From contig RECP01000069.1 in NCBI GenBank assembly GCA_007693945.1, forward strand, positions 1,718 through 65,717: a DNA stretch of 64,000 nt. Reading direction: 5' to 3'. Position 1 is the stretch's first letter, and every line of letters begins with the position of its first letter. The notes beneath the pieces are model-generated. The model was not told where the DNA came from, did not search any database, and saw only the letters and a program-made list of their open reading frames with translations. Below, in pieces: positions 21,779 through 31,816 of this stretch. Made by a program: the position numbers and the translations under genes. Source of the DNA: Spirochaetaceae bacterium. Lineage in GTDB: Bacteria > Spirochaetota > Spirochaetia > DSM-27196 > PWMO01.

Positions 21779-22026
21779 TCCGCATTCTGACCGCACGGAG
21801 CCGGTTGGCATACATATGACTGCGCGCCTGCCGTGAGAGTGCCCCTCTTCGCTTGTCCTGGCAAAGCCTGCGGAGACGCTCCGGGGGGCACTCTCCGGCG
21901 CGGCGCACCGTACCTGGTCTGCCAACCGGCTCCGTGCAGACAAACGCGACGCCTGACTTCGCTGCTGCAGACAGACAGTCCAAGGCGCCCGTGGCGATAA
22001 ACGGTCCAAATGCGAACCGCTGTCCG
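21779..22026. repeat. Intergenic palindromic repeat element, copy 3 (most complete; MITE-like or structured RNA)
   Basis: Nested inverted repeats: CGCATTCTGACCG/CGGTCCAAATGCG at the ends, GCACGGAGCCGGTTGGCA/TGCCAACCGGCTCCGTGC, and GAGAGTGCCCC/GGGGCACTCTC. Confidence 0.85.
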
Positions 22027-22059
22027 CGACTCTCACAGACGTGATGCGGGGTGATGGTT

Positions 22060-22407
22060 TCAGAAGATCGGCTTCAGACCCGCCCGGTAGAGTTCGCCGG
22101 CCGCCCGGAAGACTGAATAGGCAGTGCTGAGAAGCACTATTTCGTTCTGCTCTGCGAGTGACCGCATCTCGGCGGTGACCTTCTTGTTACGCCCGAACAG
22201 AACCACGTGGATATCGGACATCATTGCCGTTCGTACCGTCTGGGCGTTGGACAGGCCGGTGATCAGCAATACCTGGTCGGCGGTCACCGTGAGGACATCG
22301 CTCATCAGGTCCGATGCGAACCCGTAGCTCACGGCGTGGTTGTGGCTTATGTCGGTGCTGGTCACAATTGACCCGTTAACTATCTTGACTATTTCCTCGA
22401 CCGTCAT
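22060..22407 (-). CDS. Small DRTGG-domain protein
   Basis: GFASDLMSDVL, LLITGL.N.Q.VRTA.M.D and F.AAG.LY..GL motifs. Confidence 0.85.
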   Translation of the reverse strand: MTVEEIVKIVNGSIVTSTDISHNHAVSYGFASDLMSDVLTVTADQVLLITGLSNAQTVRTAMMSDIHVVLFGRNKKVTAEMRSLAEQNEIVLLSTAYSVFRAAGELYRAGLKPIF

Positions 22408-22577
22408 CTTTGCTATACCACCTGAAGAGAGAGAACTGTGGAACTCAGTGTATACTGATCGCGCGCCGGGCGTACAGTAGTCTGAGTGCGGTCGTCACGA
22501 TCACGGCATAGCCGGCGTGAACCCGTCGTCCGCCGAAGAACACAAACAGCGGATTTCTTCTGCTAAAGGTTGTATAT

Positions 22578-22625
22578 TGCCGCCATATGGTGTATAGAAT
22601 GAGTGTACAACATTATATATGGGGG
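22578..22625. promoter_or_regulatory. Tandem NrdR-box-like operators
   Basis: ACATTATATATGGGG (22610) and a weaker TGCCGCCATATGGTG (22578) lie 32 bp apart, immediately 5' of nrdJ. Both resemble the consensus acaCwAtATaTwGtg. Confidence 0.6.
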
Positions 22626-22632
22626 TGTTTGC

Positions 22633-25600
22633 GTGAAGATCGCACGTCGGTTTACAGATAACAGCTCAGGACCGTACAAGGGCATAACCTGGGATACGCG
22701 GGTCTCCGAAATCAGGAACCCTGACGGCTCGGTCATATTTCGCAAGGAAGACGTGGTGGTGCCGTCGAGTTGGTCACAGATTGCAACCGATATCCTGGCA
22801 CAGAAGTACTTTCGCAAATCCGGAGTTCCCTCGAGCAACGGACACGGCGACCAGGAATACGACGCGCGACAGGTATTCCACCGATTGGCCCACACCTGGA
22901 CTATCTGGGGTGAACGCGCCGGCTATTTTGACACCGGAGAAGACGCTCGGGCCTTCTACGAAGAAATGTGCTATATGCTGGCGCACCAGATGGGAGCGCC
23001 CAACTCTCCCCAGTGGTTCAACACCGGTCTGCACGCCGCCTACGGCATCGAAGGGCCGGCGCAGGGACACTTCTACGTTGAACCGCAAAGCGGAGAGGTC
23101 AAACCGTCGCAGAGTGCCTACGAACGGCCTCAGCCGCACGCCTGTTTCATAATGGACGTCAAGGACGACCTGGTCAATGAAGGCGGCATCATGGATCTGG
23201 TAACACGTGAGGCGCGGCTGTTCAAGTACGGTTCCGGCACCGGCTCCAATTTTTCGCGCCTTCGCGGCGAGACCGAACCGCTGTCCGGTGGGGGAGTTTC
23301 CTCGGGACTGCTTTCGTTCCTTAAGATAGCGGATCGCTCGGCGGCGGCAATCAAAAGCGGCGGTACCACGCGTCGGGCCGCCAAGATGGTGACCCTTGAT
23401 GCAGATCACCCTGATATCGAACGCTACGTGGAGTGGAAAGCTGCCGAGGAGTACAAGGTCGCCAGTATGGTTGCCGGAAGTCGCATTATCGCACGGCGAG
23501 TGCGCGCGATGCTCGAAGCCATCAAACAGTACGGCGCGGACCTGCAGGCGGCCTGCGATCCCGATCGTAATCCGCAGTTACGTCAGGCGGTGATGCAGGC
23601 AATGGACTGCGAGATTCCAACCTCGCTCATTCACCAGGTTCTGCAGCGTGCCCAGGAAGGTGATCTCGAGCCGTTGCTGATGGAGTTCACTACCGAATGG
23701 GACGCCGAGGCGTACAACACGGTCAGTGGGCAGTCGTCCAACAATTCGGTGCGCGTCGCCAATCAGTTCATGCAGGCGGTTATCGAAGACACGGACTGGA
23801 ACCTCGTTGCGCGGACCGACGGGTCGGTGCGCAAGACGATCAAGGCGCGTGAGCTTTGGCATAGCATGGCGCGCACATCGTGGCAGTGTGCTGACCCGGG
23901 CCTGCAGTTTCACAGCACAATCAACGAATGGCACACCTGCCCTGAAGACGGCGAGATCCGCGCTTCCAACCCGTGCAGCGAGTACATGTTTCTCGATGAT
24001 ACGGCGTGTAACCTGGCGTCGCTCAACCTGCTGACCTTCTATGACACCGACAAGGACATCTTCGATATCGAGTCCTACCTGCACGCAATTCGTCTCTGGA
24101 CGATCGTGCTCGAGATCAGTGTGGTCATGGCGCAGTTCCCGAGTCGAGAGGTAGCGCGCAAGAGCTACGATTACCGTACCCTCGGCCTGGGATACGCCAA
24201 CCTGGGCACCTTGCTGATGGTGATGGGGCTGCCGTACGACGGTGACGAGGGACGTGCGACGGCGGCTGCGCTTTCCGCCATTCTGACCGGGGAAGCGTAC
24301 GCCACTTCGGCGCAGATGGCCGCCGACGCGGGGCCGTTTGCGCGTTATGAGGCCAACAAGCAGCACATGCAGCGCGTGATCCGCAATCACCGGCGCGCGG
24401 CTTACAACGCTCCGCAGGAAGAGTATGAAGAGCTGACTATCCTCCCGCGTGGTATTGATGAGAAGCTCTGTCCCGCCGATCTGGTAGAGACCGCTCGCCG
24501 TTCGTGGGACCGTGCGCTGGAATTGGGTCTGCAATACGGCTATCGCAACGCGCAGGCCACTGCGATTGCCCCAACCGGCACAATCGGTCTGGTCATGGAT
24601 TGCGATACCACCGGCGTTGAGCCCGACTTCGCGCTGGTCAAGTTCAAGAAGCTGGCCGGGGGAGGCTATTTCAAAATCATCAACCGATCGATTCCGCCGG
24701 CACTCAGGAAACTGGGTTACTCCAAGAAGCAGGTGCGCGAGATCATCGAATACTGTCTCGGCCACGCTGCGCTCGATGATGCACCGGGCGTGAGCCGCGA
24801 GAAACTGGCCGCCAGGGGTTTCAGTCAGAAGACTCTCGACGAAGTCGATGCTTCGCTCAAGAACGCCTTTAACCTGGCCGGCGTCATCAATCACTACGTA
24901 CTCGGACAGCACGTTATGGAACAGGAGCTCGGTGTGCCCGAGGCAACCTATAGCCTGCCCGGATTTGACCTGCTGAAACACCTTGGCTTCACGCAGCAGG
25001 AGATCGACGCGGCGGAGATCCACGCCTGCGGAGCGATGACCGTTGAGGGCTGTCCGCATCTCAAGCCGGAACACCTGCCTGTCTTTGATACCGCCAGTCC
25101 TTCGGGGCGGCTGGGAACCCGTTCGATCAGCTGGCGGGGACACGTAGAGATGATGGCCGCCGTGCAGCCGTTTGTTTCGGGCGCTATCTCCAAGACAATC
25201 AACATGCCCAACGCGGTCACAATTAGCGAGGTCGAGGAGGCTCACATGCTCTCGTGGCGCCTGATGCTCAAGTCGATCGCACTCTACCGTGACGGCTCCA
25301 AACTGAGTCAGCCGTTGAGCAGTCTGGGAGCCGGCGCCGACAGAATTGCCGAGAAACTGCTGACGCTCAAGTCCGGGATACCCGCGGCAACCGATCTGTC
25401 TGCCGGCGACTCACCGCGAGTGCAGACCCGGGCACAGCGACGCGCGTTGCCCGGGCGTCGCGTCGGCTACACGCAGAAGGCCAAGATCGGCAATCACAGC
25501 CTGTTTATCCGGACCGGACAGTACGTGGACGGCAGTTTGGGCGAAATCTTTCTTGATATGCACAAGGAAGGCGCAGCATTCCGATCGCTGGTCAACAGTT

Positions 25601-26196
25601 TTGCGATTGCGGTCTCACTGGGGCTGCAGTACGGCGTGCCGCTGGAAGAGTACGTCGACGCCTTCACCTTCACCCGTTTCGAGCCCAACGGTATCGTCAG
25701 CGGCCACGATAACATAAAGATGGCGACTTCGGTGCTGGATCTGGTGTTCCGTGATCTCGCGCTGTCGTACCTCAACCGCACCGACCTGGTTCAGGTGAAG
25801 CCCGAAGATCTGATTGCCACATCGACGCTGGCGAACGGCTCCGCCGCGGATTCCCGGCCGGCTGACTCCGGTCCGCCGCCGGAGACAGCCGCACCCGCAT
25901 CGGAACCGGAGGGCGCTCAGTTGTCCGAACAACCCGATCGCGCTCATGCCGAAGGGCGCACCGCCGTCCCCCAGCCCGCCTCGGCGCCGATGTCCCGAGC
26001 CCGCGGCGGTACCGGAACGACTGCTCGATCAAAGCGCGGCACGTCGGCCGTACAGGATGCCGGCCGCGAGCGCAAACTGGCGCGGTTGAAGGGCTACGAG
26101 GGTGACCCCTGTTCTACCTGCGGACACTTCACCCTGCTGCGGAACGGAACGTGCATGAAATGCGATACGTGCGGATCCACTACCGGCTGTTCGTAG
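22633..26196 (+). CDS. nrdJ: Class II (adenosylcobalamin-dependent) ribonucleotide reductase with TSCPD domain and C-terminal Zn ribbon
   Basis: [52 protein letters not shown] and terminal C..C...C..C motifs. GTG start. Confidence 0.95.
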   Translation: MKIARRFTDNSSGPYKGITWDTRVSEIRNPDGSVIFRKEDVVVPSSWSQIATDILAQKYFRKSGVPSSNGHGDQEYDARQVFHRLAHTWTIWGERAGYFDTGEDARAFYEEMCYMLAHQMGAPNSPQWFNTGLHAAYGIEGPAQGHFYVEPQSGEVKPSQSAYERPQPHACFIMDVKDDLVNEGGIMDLVTREARLFKYGSGTGSNFSRLRGETEPLSGGGVSSGLLSFLKIADRSAAAIKSGGTTRRAAKMVTLDADHPDIERYVEWKAAEEYKVASMVAGSRIIARRVRAMLEAIKQYGADLQAACDPDRNPQLRQAVMQAMDCEIPTSLIHQVLQRAQEGDLEPLLMEFTTEWDAEAYNTVSGQSSNNSVRVANQFMQAVIEDTDWNLVARTDGSVRKTIKARELWHSMARTSWQCADPGLQFHSTINEWHTCPEDGEIRASNPCSEYMFLDDTACNLASLNLLTFYDTDKDIFDIESYLHAIRLWTIVLEISVVMAQFPSREVARKSYDYRTLGLGYANLGTLLMVMGLPYDGDEGRATAAALSAILTGEAYATSAQMAADAGPFARYEANKQHMQRVIRNHRRAAYNAPQEEYEELTILPRGIDEKLCPADLVETARRSWDRALELGLQYGYRNAQATAIAPTGTIGLVMDCDTTGVEPDFALVKFKKLAGGGYFKIINRSIPPALRKLGYSKKQVREIIEYCLGHAALDDAPGVSREKLAARGFSQKTLDEVDASLKNAFNLAGVINHYVLGQHVMEQELGVPEATYSLPGFDLLKHLGFTQQEIDAAEIHACGAMTVEGCPHLKPEHLPVFDTASPSGRLGTRSISWRGHVEMMAAVQPFVSGAISKTINMPNAVTISEVEEAHMLSWRLMLKSIALYRDGSKLSQPLSSLGAGADRIAEKLLTLKSGIPAATDLSAGDSPRVQTRAQRRALPGRRVGYTQKAKIGNHSLFIRTGQYVDGSLGEIFLDMHKEGAAFRSLVNSFAIAVSLGLQYGVPLEEYVDAFTFTRFEPNGIVSGHDNIKMATSVLDLVFRDLALSYLNRTDLVQVKPEDLIATSTLANGSAADSRPADSGPPPETAAPASEPEGAQLSEQPDRAHAEGRTAVPQPASAPMSRARGGTGTTARSKRGTSAVQDAGRERKLARLKGYEGDPCSTCGHFTLLRNGTCMKCDTCGSTTGCS

Positions 26197-27314
26197 TCGC
26201 GGCGCTGGCCCTGGCCGGCTGCCGCAGCGTACCGCTGCCGGACGTTGCAGTTGAACCACCGCGTGACCCCGTCGTCCCGGTGGTGAGTGCCCAGATCCTG
26301 CGCTGGCGTGACGGCTCCCGCGCCGCGGCCTCACTGACCTTTGACGACAGCACGCTGGATCACTACCTGCTGGCTGCGCCGGAACTCGACCGCCGCGGCT
26401 TGCACGGTACCTTCTTTGTCATAACCGGGGTGATGCAGCATGGCGTCTGGGATGACTTTGGTACCCGGCGACTTCAGTTCAGCTGGAATCAGGCCCGCCG
26501 CCTGGCGGCGCGCGGCCACGAGATCGGCAGCCATTCGCACACCCATCCCGATGTTTCGGCACTGCCGTTCGCGCGCGCCGAGCTGCAGCTGTTGAAATCG
26601 CTGCAACGACTGCAGCGCGAGATTCCGCGGCAACACGGAATCACCTTTGCCTGGCCCTACTGGCGCAGCACCGAAACCACGCGGGCGCTTGCGTCCCGCT
26701 ACTACATCGCGTCTCGCGCGGGGCAGGCAACTACGCCGCGCTACCGTGCAGTCGGCCCGGTTGGAGCGCGTCCCGAGGACATGCAGCGCGTCAATGCGCT
26801 TGGTACCCGGCCGGTCGAGACGCTGGACGTGTGGCAGGAAGCTCTGCACGAGATACTCGACGACGGGGGATGGGCCGTTCTGTCGCTGCACGGCATCGAT
26901 GACGGTGTTATCCCGCGCGAGGCGATCGGCTGGCAGCCACTGTCGTTGGAGACCTACCGGGATCTGCTGGACGTTCTGGTGAGTCAGGACTTCTGGGTTG
27001 CCCCGTTCGGCGAGGTTGTAAAATACCTGGAGCGGCGCGACACAACGCATCTGCACGTGTACGCTGATGACGACCAACGGGTGATTATCGACGTACACTC
27101 GCCGCTGGACCCCCAGATCTACAACGTGCCACTCAGTGTGCGTCTGACGCTGCCGCCGACATGGCACGACGTCGAGATCAGCGCCGACGGCCAACCGCTG
27201 GCATGGCACGCTACTTCGGCGGCGGTAGTGATTGAACTGCCGGCAGAGGCCAGTAAGCTCAGCGTAATCCCTTCTGCGACACCCGGCGCGTCCATTGCCG
27301 CGCACAGCCGCTGA
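26160..27314 (+). CDS. Polysaccharide deacetylase (CE4/NodB) lipoprotein
   Basis: Lipobox [27 protein letters not shown] and LSLHG motifs. Start uncertain; overlaps the nrdJ end. Confidence 0.82.
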   Translation: MRYVRIHYRLFVVAALALAGCRSVPLPDVAVEPPRDPVVPVVSAQILRWRDGSRAAASLTFDDSTLDHYLLAAPELDRRGLHGTFFVITGVMQHGVWDDFGTRRLQFSWNQARRLAARGHEIGSHSHTHPDVSALPFARAELQLLKSLQRLQREIPRQHGITFAWPYWRSTETTRALASRYYIASRAGQATTPRYRAVGPVGARPEDMQRVNALGTRPVETLDVWQEALHEILDDGGWAVLSLHGIDDGVIPREAIGWQPLSLETYRDLLDVLVSQDFWVAPFGEVVKYLERRDTTHLHVYADDDQRVIIDVHSPLDPQIYNVPLSVRLTLPPTWHDVEISADGQPLAWHATSAAVVIELPAEASKLSVIPSATPGASIAAHSR

Positions 27315-27316
27315 AA

Positions 27317-28186
27317 CTATCGGCGGCGGCCGTCCTCGATCTGGCGCAGCCGGCGTACGCGATCCTGGATCGGGGGATGCGTACTGAACATGCGCGCCAT
27401 GCCCTGCCCGGACAGAGGGTTGATGATGAACATGTGCGACGCAGCCTCATTGATGCGCATCGGGCGTCCCTGTGCGTGCTGTTCCATCTTGAGTAGCGCG
27501 CTGGCAAGGCCCCCCGGATTTCCCGCGATGCGAGCGCCGCCCGCATCGGCAATAAACTCGCGCGAGCGTGATATGGCCATCCTGATCAGCATCGCCGCCA
27601 GCGGTGCAAAGATGATTGCCAGCAGCTGGATGAGCACCGCTGCCCCGCCCGCGTTATTGCGTGAACCGCGCATACCACCGAAGATCATGCGGTACTGCCC
27701 CATGCGCGCCACAAATGCCAGTGCGCCTGCCATGACCGTGGCAATCGTACTGATCAGGGTGTCACGGTTCTTGATGTGCGCCAGCTCGTGGGCAATCACC
27801 CCTTCCAGTTCGGAACGGTCAAGGATCCGCATGATGCCCTCGGTCACGGCGACCGCCGCATGGCGCGGATTGCGGCCGGTTGCGAACGCGTTGGGTTGCG
27901 GCGACGGAGTGACATAGACCCTGGGGGTCGGCAGGCCGGCGTTCTGACTGAGCCTTTCGACCATGTCGTAGAGCTCGGGTTGTTCTTCCCGGCTGACCTC
28001 GCGTGAACGGGTCATTCTGATTGCAATCGAGTCACTGAACCAGTAACTGAACAGATTCAGTACCAGTGCGAACCCAAACGCCATGATCAGACCCTGTTCT
28101 CCGGCTATCGCGCCGCCCAGCACAACCAGCAGAACCGTGAGCAAGGTCATCAGCAGAAACGTCTTAACGTGGTTCATCGTGTTCAC
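27317..28186 (-). CDS. htpX: Zinc metalloprotease HtpX
   Basis: PNAFATGRNP, AVAVTEG, HELAH.KNRD, AISRSREF.AD and FSTHPP motifs. Confidence 0.95.
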   Translation of the reverse strand: MNTMNHVKTFLLMTLLTVLLVVLGGAIAGEQGLIMAFGFALVLNLFSYWFSDSIAIRMTRSREVSREEQPELYDMVERLSQNAGLPTPRVYVTPSPQPNAFATGRNPRHAAVAVTEGIMRILDRSELEGVIAHELAHIKNRDTLISTIATVMAGALAFVARMGQYRMIFGGMRGSRNNAGGAAVLIQLLAIIFAPLAAMLIRMAISRSREFIADAGGARIAGNPGGLASALLKMEQHAQGRPMRINEAASHMFIINPLSGQGMARMFSTHPPIQDRVRRLRQIEDGRRR

Positions 28187-28256
28187 CTTCTACTCTGCAC
28201 GTATGCCCAGAATATACTGCGATCACCGTAACCTGACAAACGCCGCCTGCAGTGCG

Positions 28257-29088
28257 TCAGCCTACCCTCACCTGCGTAATCATCTGCGCCAGTTCGTCTC
28301 CGTCGGCACCGTGCAGACGGCGGTAAGCACCGCCAAAGGTGGCAGCCAGTTCGCGCATAGCACGACTGCCGCGCCGCGATCCGGTGGTATCGATGAACAG
28401 AGGATGAACCTGCAGGCAACTGCTCATCCGGGCCACGGCCTCGATAGTCTGGTGCTCTTCCGGCGGCGAAACGTTTCCCTCCCCGTCGGAAAACACCATC
28501 ACTTCCACCGGTTCTCCGGGTTCACGCATGCGCTGCGTCTCGACCAGCCGCAGTGCGAGGTAGAGCCCGGATGCAAGCGGGGTTGCCCCGCCGAGCGACA
28601 GGTTATCCAGTGCCCGGCGCGCGCGGTCAATCGCCGATGTCGGCTCGAGTGTAACCTCAGCTTCCGTGTCCGCAAAGGTGATCAGCGCCACGCGGTCTTT
28701 GCGCCGTTCCGCGGACGCCAGCAGCGACAGCAGCGCGATGCGCGCGACGTGCAGCTGATTGTGATCGGCCATCGAATCCGAGGTATCGAGCACCAGGATT
28801 ACCGTGTGCCGGTCACGGCGCCGGCGCACCTTGCGCCTGAGATGTGAGCGGTCGACCAGCGATCTGGTGGCTCCGAGCACACGATCCAGCGCCGCCGCCC
28901 GCAGTGTTGCGTCAACCGCCAGGTCCCGCACGGCGCCTTCATGCTTCGGCGGTCGAGCAAAAACGTAACGGCCGCGGCTGGCGGTCGTGCGGCGCGCCCT
29001 TCCGCGACGGCGGCGCAGCCGCAGGATGATGCCGGCCACGGCTGCCTCTACCGCGCGCCGGACTTCCGGCGTGTCGTCATCGGAGAGC
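28257..29088 (-). CDS. chlD: VWA-domain C-terminal half of chelatase subunit ChlD/BchD-like (-1 frame of the upstream ORF)
   Basis: LAVDATLRAAA, MIDAS LDTSDSM, DRVALITF, GGATPLA and SDG motifs. The frame is open back to the A10 run at 29089-29098. Confidence 0.8.
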
Positions 29089-29098
29089 TTTTTTTTTT
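29046..29098 (-). other. Putative programmed -1 frameshift signal (A10G slippery run plus 3' hairpin)
   Basis: The minus strand reads CTC AAA AAA AAA AGC, containing A AAA AAG. It is followed by CGCCGG-AAGT-CCGGCG, which may be enclosed by CTCTCCG/CGGTAGAG. Confidence 0.75.
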
Positions 29099-30262
29099 GA
29101 GAATCGGCAGCAGAATGCTGCCCGCGGCCGCCCCGCCGGGAATCTGCATCGATTCCAGCGCCTCCTCGTCGACTTCATCGGCATCTGCCGCCGTACGGCG
29201 GTCGGCGCTTCCCGCTGCCGGCGCGTCCTTGCGCAGCCCGTCATCCGACCGCAAACGCTCGAGCAGGGCGTCGATTTCGGCGTCGGCTTCCTCGGGAGAA
29301 CGCAGCAGTCGGCCGTCAAAGCGGTGCGGTAGCACAAAACGCGCAGCCTCGAACAGCAGTTCACGGTCGATGGTTTCGCGTTCCAGCAGTGCGGCAAAGG
29401 CCCGGGCGGCTTTCACCAGAGCCAGGTCGGCGCGGTGCCCGGCAACGCCGGCTTCGGAGGCAATCCTGACCGCGTCGTTCAGTAGCTGCGTGGATGCATC
29501 AAGTCGGCTGATCCGTTTGCGCGCCGCAACCACCAGTTCGCGCAGGCGCAAATCCTCCTGCTGCCACTGCCGCAGGAAACGACCCGGGTCGGCTTCAAAA
29601 CTGGTGCGGCGCCGGATGACCTCAACGCGCTCATCCGTTTCGGTCAGTCCGCGCACCGTAACGCACAGCCCAAAGCGGTCCAGGAACTGCGGGCGCAGTT
29701 CACCCTCCTCAGGGTTCATGGTCCCCACCAGGATAAAGCGTGCCGGATGGCGCAGCGAGATTCCTTCGCGTTCGACCACGTTCTCGCCGGAGGTCGCAGC
29801 GTCGAGAAGCAGATCCACCAGATGGTCCTCCAGCAGATTAACCTCGTCGACGTACAGAATGCCGCGGTTGGCCTCAGCCAGCAGTCCGGGTTCAAACCGG
29901 CGCACGCCGGCGGTCAAGGCGTGTTCGATATCGAGCGTGCCGACCAGGCGGTCTTCAGTGGCGCCCAGAGGCAACTCTATCAGTGGAACCGTGACGGTGA
30001 CGGCCTCGGGACGGTTCTCCGTGCGGCAATGATCGCACAGCCCGGCCGGCCGATCGGGGTCGCAGTGGTAGGGACAGCCCGTTACCGCTCGCAGCGGCGG
30101 CAGGAGTTCCCGCAAGGCGCGCACAACAGTGGATTTGGCGGTGCCCTTTTCACCCCTGATCAGCACGCCGCCGAGTGAAGGATCAACCGCCGCGGCCAGA
30201 AGAGCGGTCTTCATGGCAGGCTGGCCGACAACGGCGCTGAACGGGTATCCTGAACTACTCAC
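29048..30262 (-). CDS. chlI: Mg/Co-chelatase AAA+ subunit (ChlI/BchI-like; N-terminal half of chlD)
   Basis: YPFSAVVGQ, GGVLIRGEKGTAKST, LPLGATEDR.VG, GILYVDEVNLL and NPEEGELRPQFLDRFG motifs. Confidence 0.92.
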   Translation of the reverse strand: MSSSGYPFSAVVGQPAMKTALLAAAVDPSLGGVLIRGEKGTAKSTVVRALRELLPPLRAVTGCPYHCDPDRPAGLCDHCRTENRPEAVTVTVPLIELPLGATEDRLVGTLDIEHALTAGVRRFEPGLLAEANRGILYVDEVNLLEDHLVDLLLDAATSGENVVEREGISLRHPARFILVGTMNPEEGELRPQFLDRFGLCVTVRGLTETDERVEVIRRRTSFEADPGRFLRQWQQEDLRLRELVVAARKRISRLDASTQLLNDAVRIASEAGVAGHRADLALVKAARAFAALLERETIDRELLFEAARFVLPHRFDGRLLRSPEEADAEIDALLERLRSDDGLRKDAPAAGSADRRTAADADEVDEEALESMQIPGGAAAGSILLPILKKKSSPMTTRRKSGAR

Positions 30263-30290
30263 GAGCTTTCACCGGCTTCAGACCGCGACG

Positions 30291-30692
30291 CTACTGTCTC
30301 ACCACCAGCAGGTTCTGCCTGCGGTTCATGCGGATATGCGTCACCTCGCGATTGCGCTCTGTAACCGTCAGATTGGTGAGAAAATAGACGTCGGGGCTGA
30401 TAGGTCTGACGGCAAAAAAGCTGTTGCCGGCGCTGTTTTGCAGCACGAAGAAGCCGTCCTCCATCCGCCAGGCGTCAAAATCGAGTCCTTCCGCGATTAC
30501 CGTGCCGTCAACGTCGATTTGCAGGTTCCCCTCCGCGCTGACCTCGGTTCGACCGGCGGTGTAGTCGCTCATCGTGTAGTTTGCCAGCTGGTCGATCTGG
30601 TAAACCGTCCAGGCACCGACCATATCTACCTCTTGTGCGGCACTCCATCCTGCCAGCATCAACAATACTGCTCCCATTACCAGCTTTCGCAT
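30291..30692 (-). CDS. Hypothetical secreted protein
   Basis: Signal peptide MRKLVMGAVLLMLAGWSAA, GGAGG RBS and a beta-rich mature part. Confidence 0.75.
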   Translation of the reverse strand: MRKLVMGAVLLMLAGWSAAQEVDMVGAWTVYQIDQLANYTMSDYTAGRTEVSAEGNLQIDVDGTVIAEGLDFDAWRMEDGFFVLQNSAGNSFFAVRPISPDVYFLTNLTVTERNREVTHIRMNRRQNLLVVRQ

Positions 30693-30772
30693 GCTACCTC
30701 CGCGCTCCATACGCACACCGGGAGTGTGGCCGTACCTCGTTTTGTCTAAAGAGTACTACAAAACGGAACGAA

Positions 30773-31816
30773 ATGCACGTCGCACAAAGGTGCTTGTCAC
30801 GTCGGCGTGTCACCGTTACCTTGTCAGGAAAGCGTCGAGCGGCATATCCGTTTGTTCGGAGGCGCCGCGAACTCCGGCCCGGCAGGTGCAGACAGTTGAA
30901 CCGCTCTGGTAACCCCGCCGCTCTGATGGTGGCGTGCGGTCTGGCAGCAACAGTTGTGATCTCGATCAGTATTCTGGCTGCGGCGCACCATTGGAGTCGG
31001 CAGTCGGATGCCGAATACCTGGAGCGATTCGTTGAAACCGGAGCAACGGTGGCGGCCATCGTTGCCCGTGTCGCCGAGCAGTACATCGATGCTCCCGAAC
31101 GCAACCAGATTGAACTGTCGAGCCTTGCCGATGTGGCCGGGCAGCTGCCCGGCGCGCGTGGTTTGACAATTACCGGCGCCGGCAGGAACGCCCCGCGCAA
31201 CTACGAGCATATCTGGGCGTCCAGTGACGGACGCTACCGAGCCGCGGACGGCACGTTGCGCTATGACCCCGGGCGAACGCAGATTCTTGATGAGCTGTCG
31301 AGTGAGATCGGCCGCATCATCGTGGCCGTCAATCACGACGCTGCCGAAACGCTGGCTGAGCTCAACCCGCAGATTGAGGAGGTCACGCGCGGCATAATCC
31401 GGCTGCTGACACAGGAGCAGACCGCCGAACAGGCCGAACTGGCCGAGTTGGACCAGGTGTTCCGCGTTCTCTATCGCCGGGGAAGCAGGCGTCTGGCCGA
31501 AGTCAGCCGGCGACACGCCGGTAGCGTGCCGCCGATTCTCGGGGCGGATCCGGGCTTGATGGAGGATGATGTGCTGTTCTATCATCCGGTCGCGGCCTTT
31601 GACCGCGCCAACGACGCGTGGTATGCCGGCATGGTGCGCTACAGGCGCTCGATCGGGCCGCTGCGCGAGCAGCAGCGACAGGCGCACGCAGAGCACCGTC
31701 GTCGTGCGCTTTCCATCGCGGCGGGTGCGCTCGTGGCACTCTGGGCGCTGCTGGCCCTTGTGTGGGTGCTGTCGAGATCGCTGTCAAGAGCCGGATTTAC
31801 GGAGGACCGTTTGTGA
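30773..31816 (+). CDS. Two-TM membrane protein with a large extracytoplasmic domain
   Basis: Hydrophobic helices near both ends. The stop overlaps the GTG of the next gene (GTGA). Start uncertain (30773 or later). Confidence 0.65.
   Translation: MHVAQRCLSRRRVTVTLSGKRRAAYPFVRRRRELRPGRCRQLNRSGNPAALMVACGLAATVVISISILAAAHHWSRQSDAEYLERFVETGATVAAIVARVAEQYIDAPERNQIELSSLADVAGQLPGARGLTITGAGRNAPRNYEHIWASSDGRYRAADGTLRYDPGRTQILDELSSEIGRIIVAVNHDAAETLAELNPQIEEVTRGIIRLLTQEQTAEQAELAELDQVFRVLYRRGSRRLAEVSRRHAGSVPPILGADPGLMEDDVLFYHPVAAFDRANDAWYAGMVRYRRSIGPLREQQRQAHAEHRRRALSIAAGALVALWALLALVWVLSRSLSRAGFTEDRL

Noticed and set aside
21766-22037. CGCGACTCACA / CGCGACTCTCACA as a target-site duplication around repeat copy 3
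   Set aside because: The match is imperfect and the other copies have no equivalent flanks, so it cannot be distinguished from chance.
23578-25245. 555-aa antisense ORF inside nrdJ (similarly 9624-10772, 28941-30032, 38394-39464, 42482-43693, 45508-46791 and 46840-48069)
   Set aside because: These are shadow ORFs opposite well-supported genes. They are expected in GC-rich DNA with codon bias and show no motifs.
22633-26196. Intein or intron in the long nrdJ
   Set aside because: No C...HN/C splice motifs or homing endonuclease signature were seen. The extra length is explained by the TSCPD domain and a Pro/Ala-rich linker.
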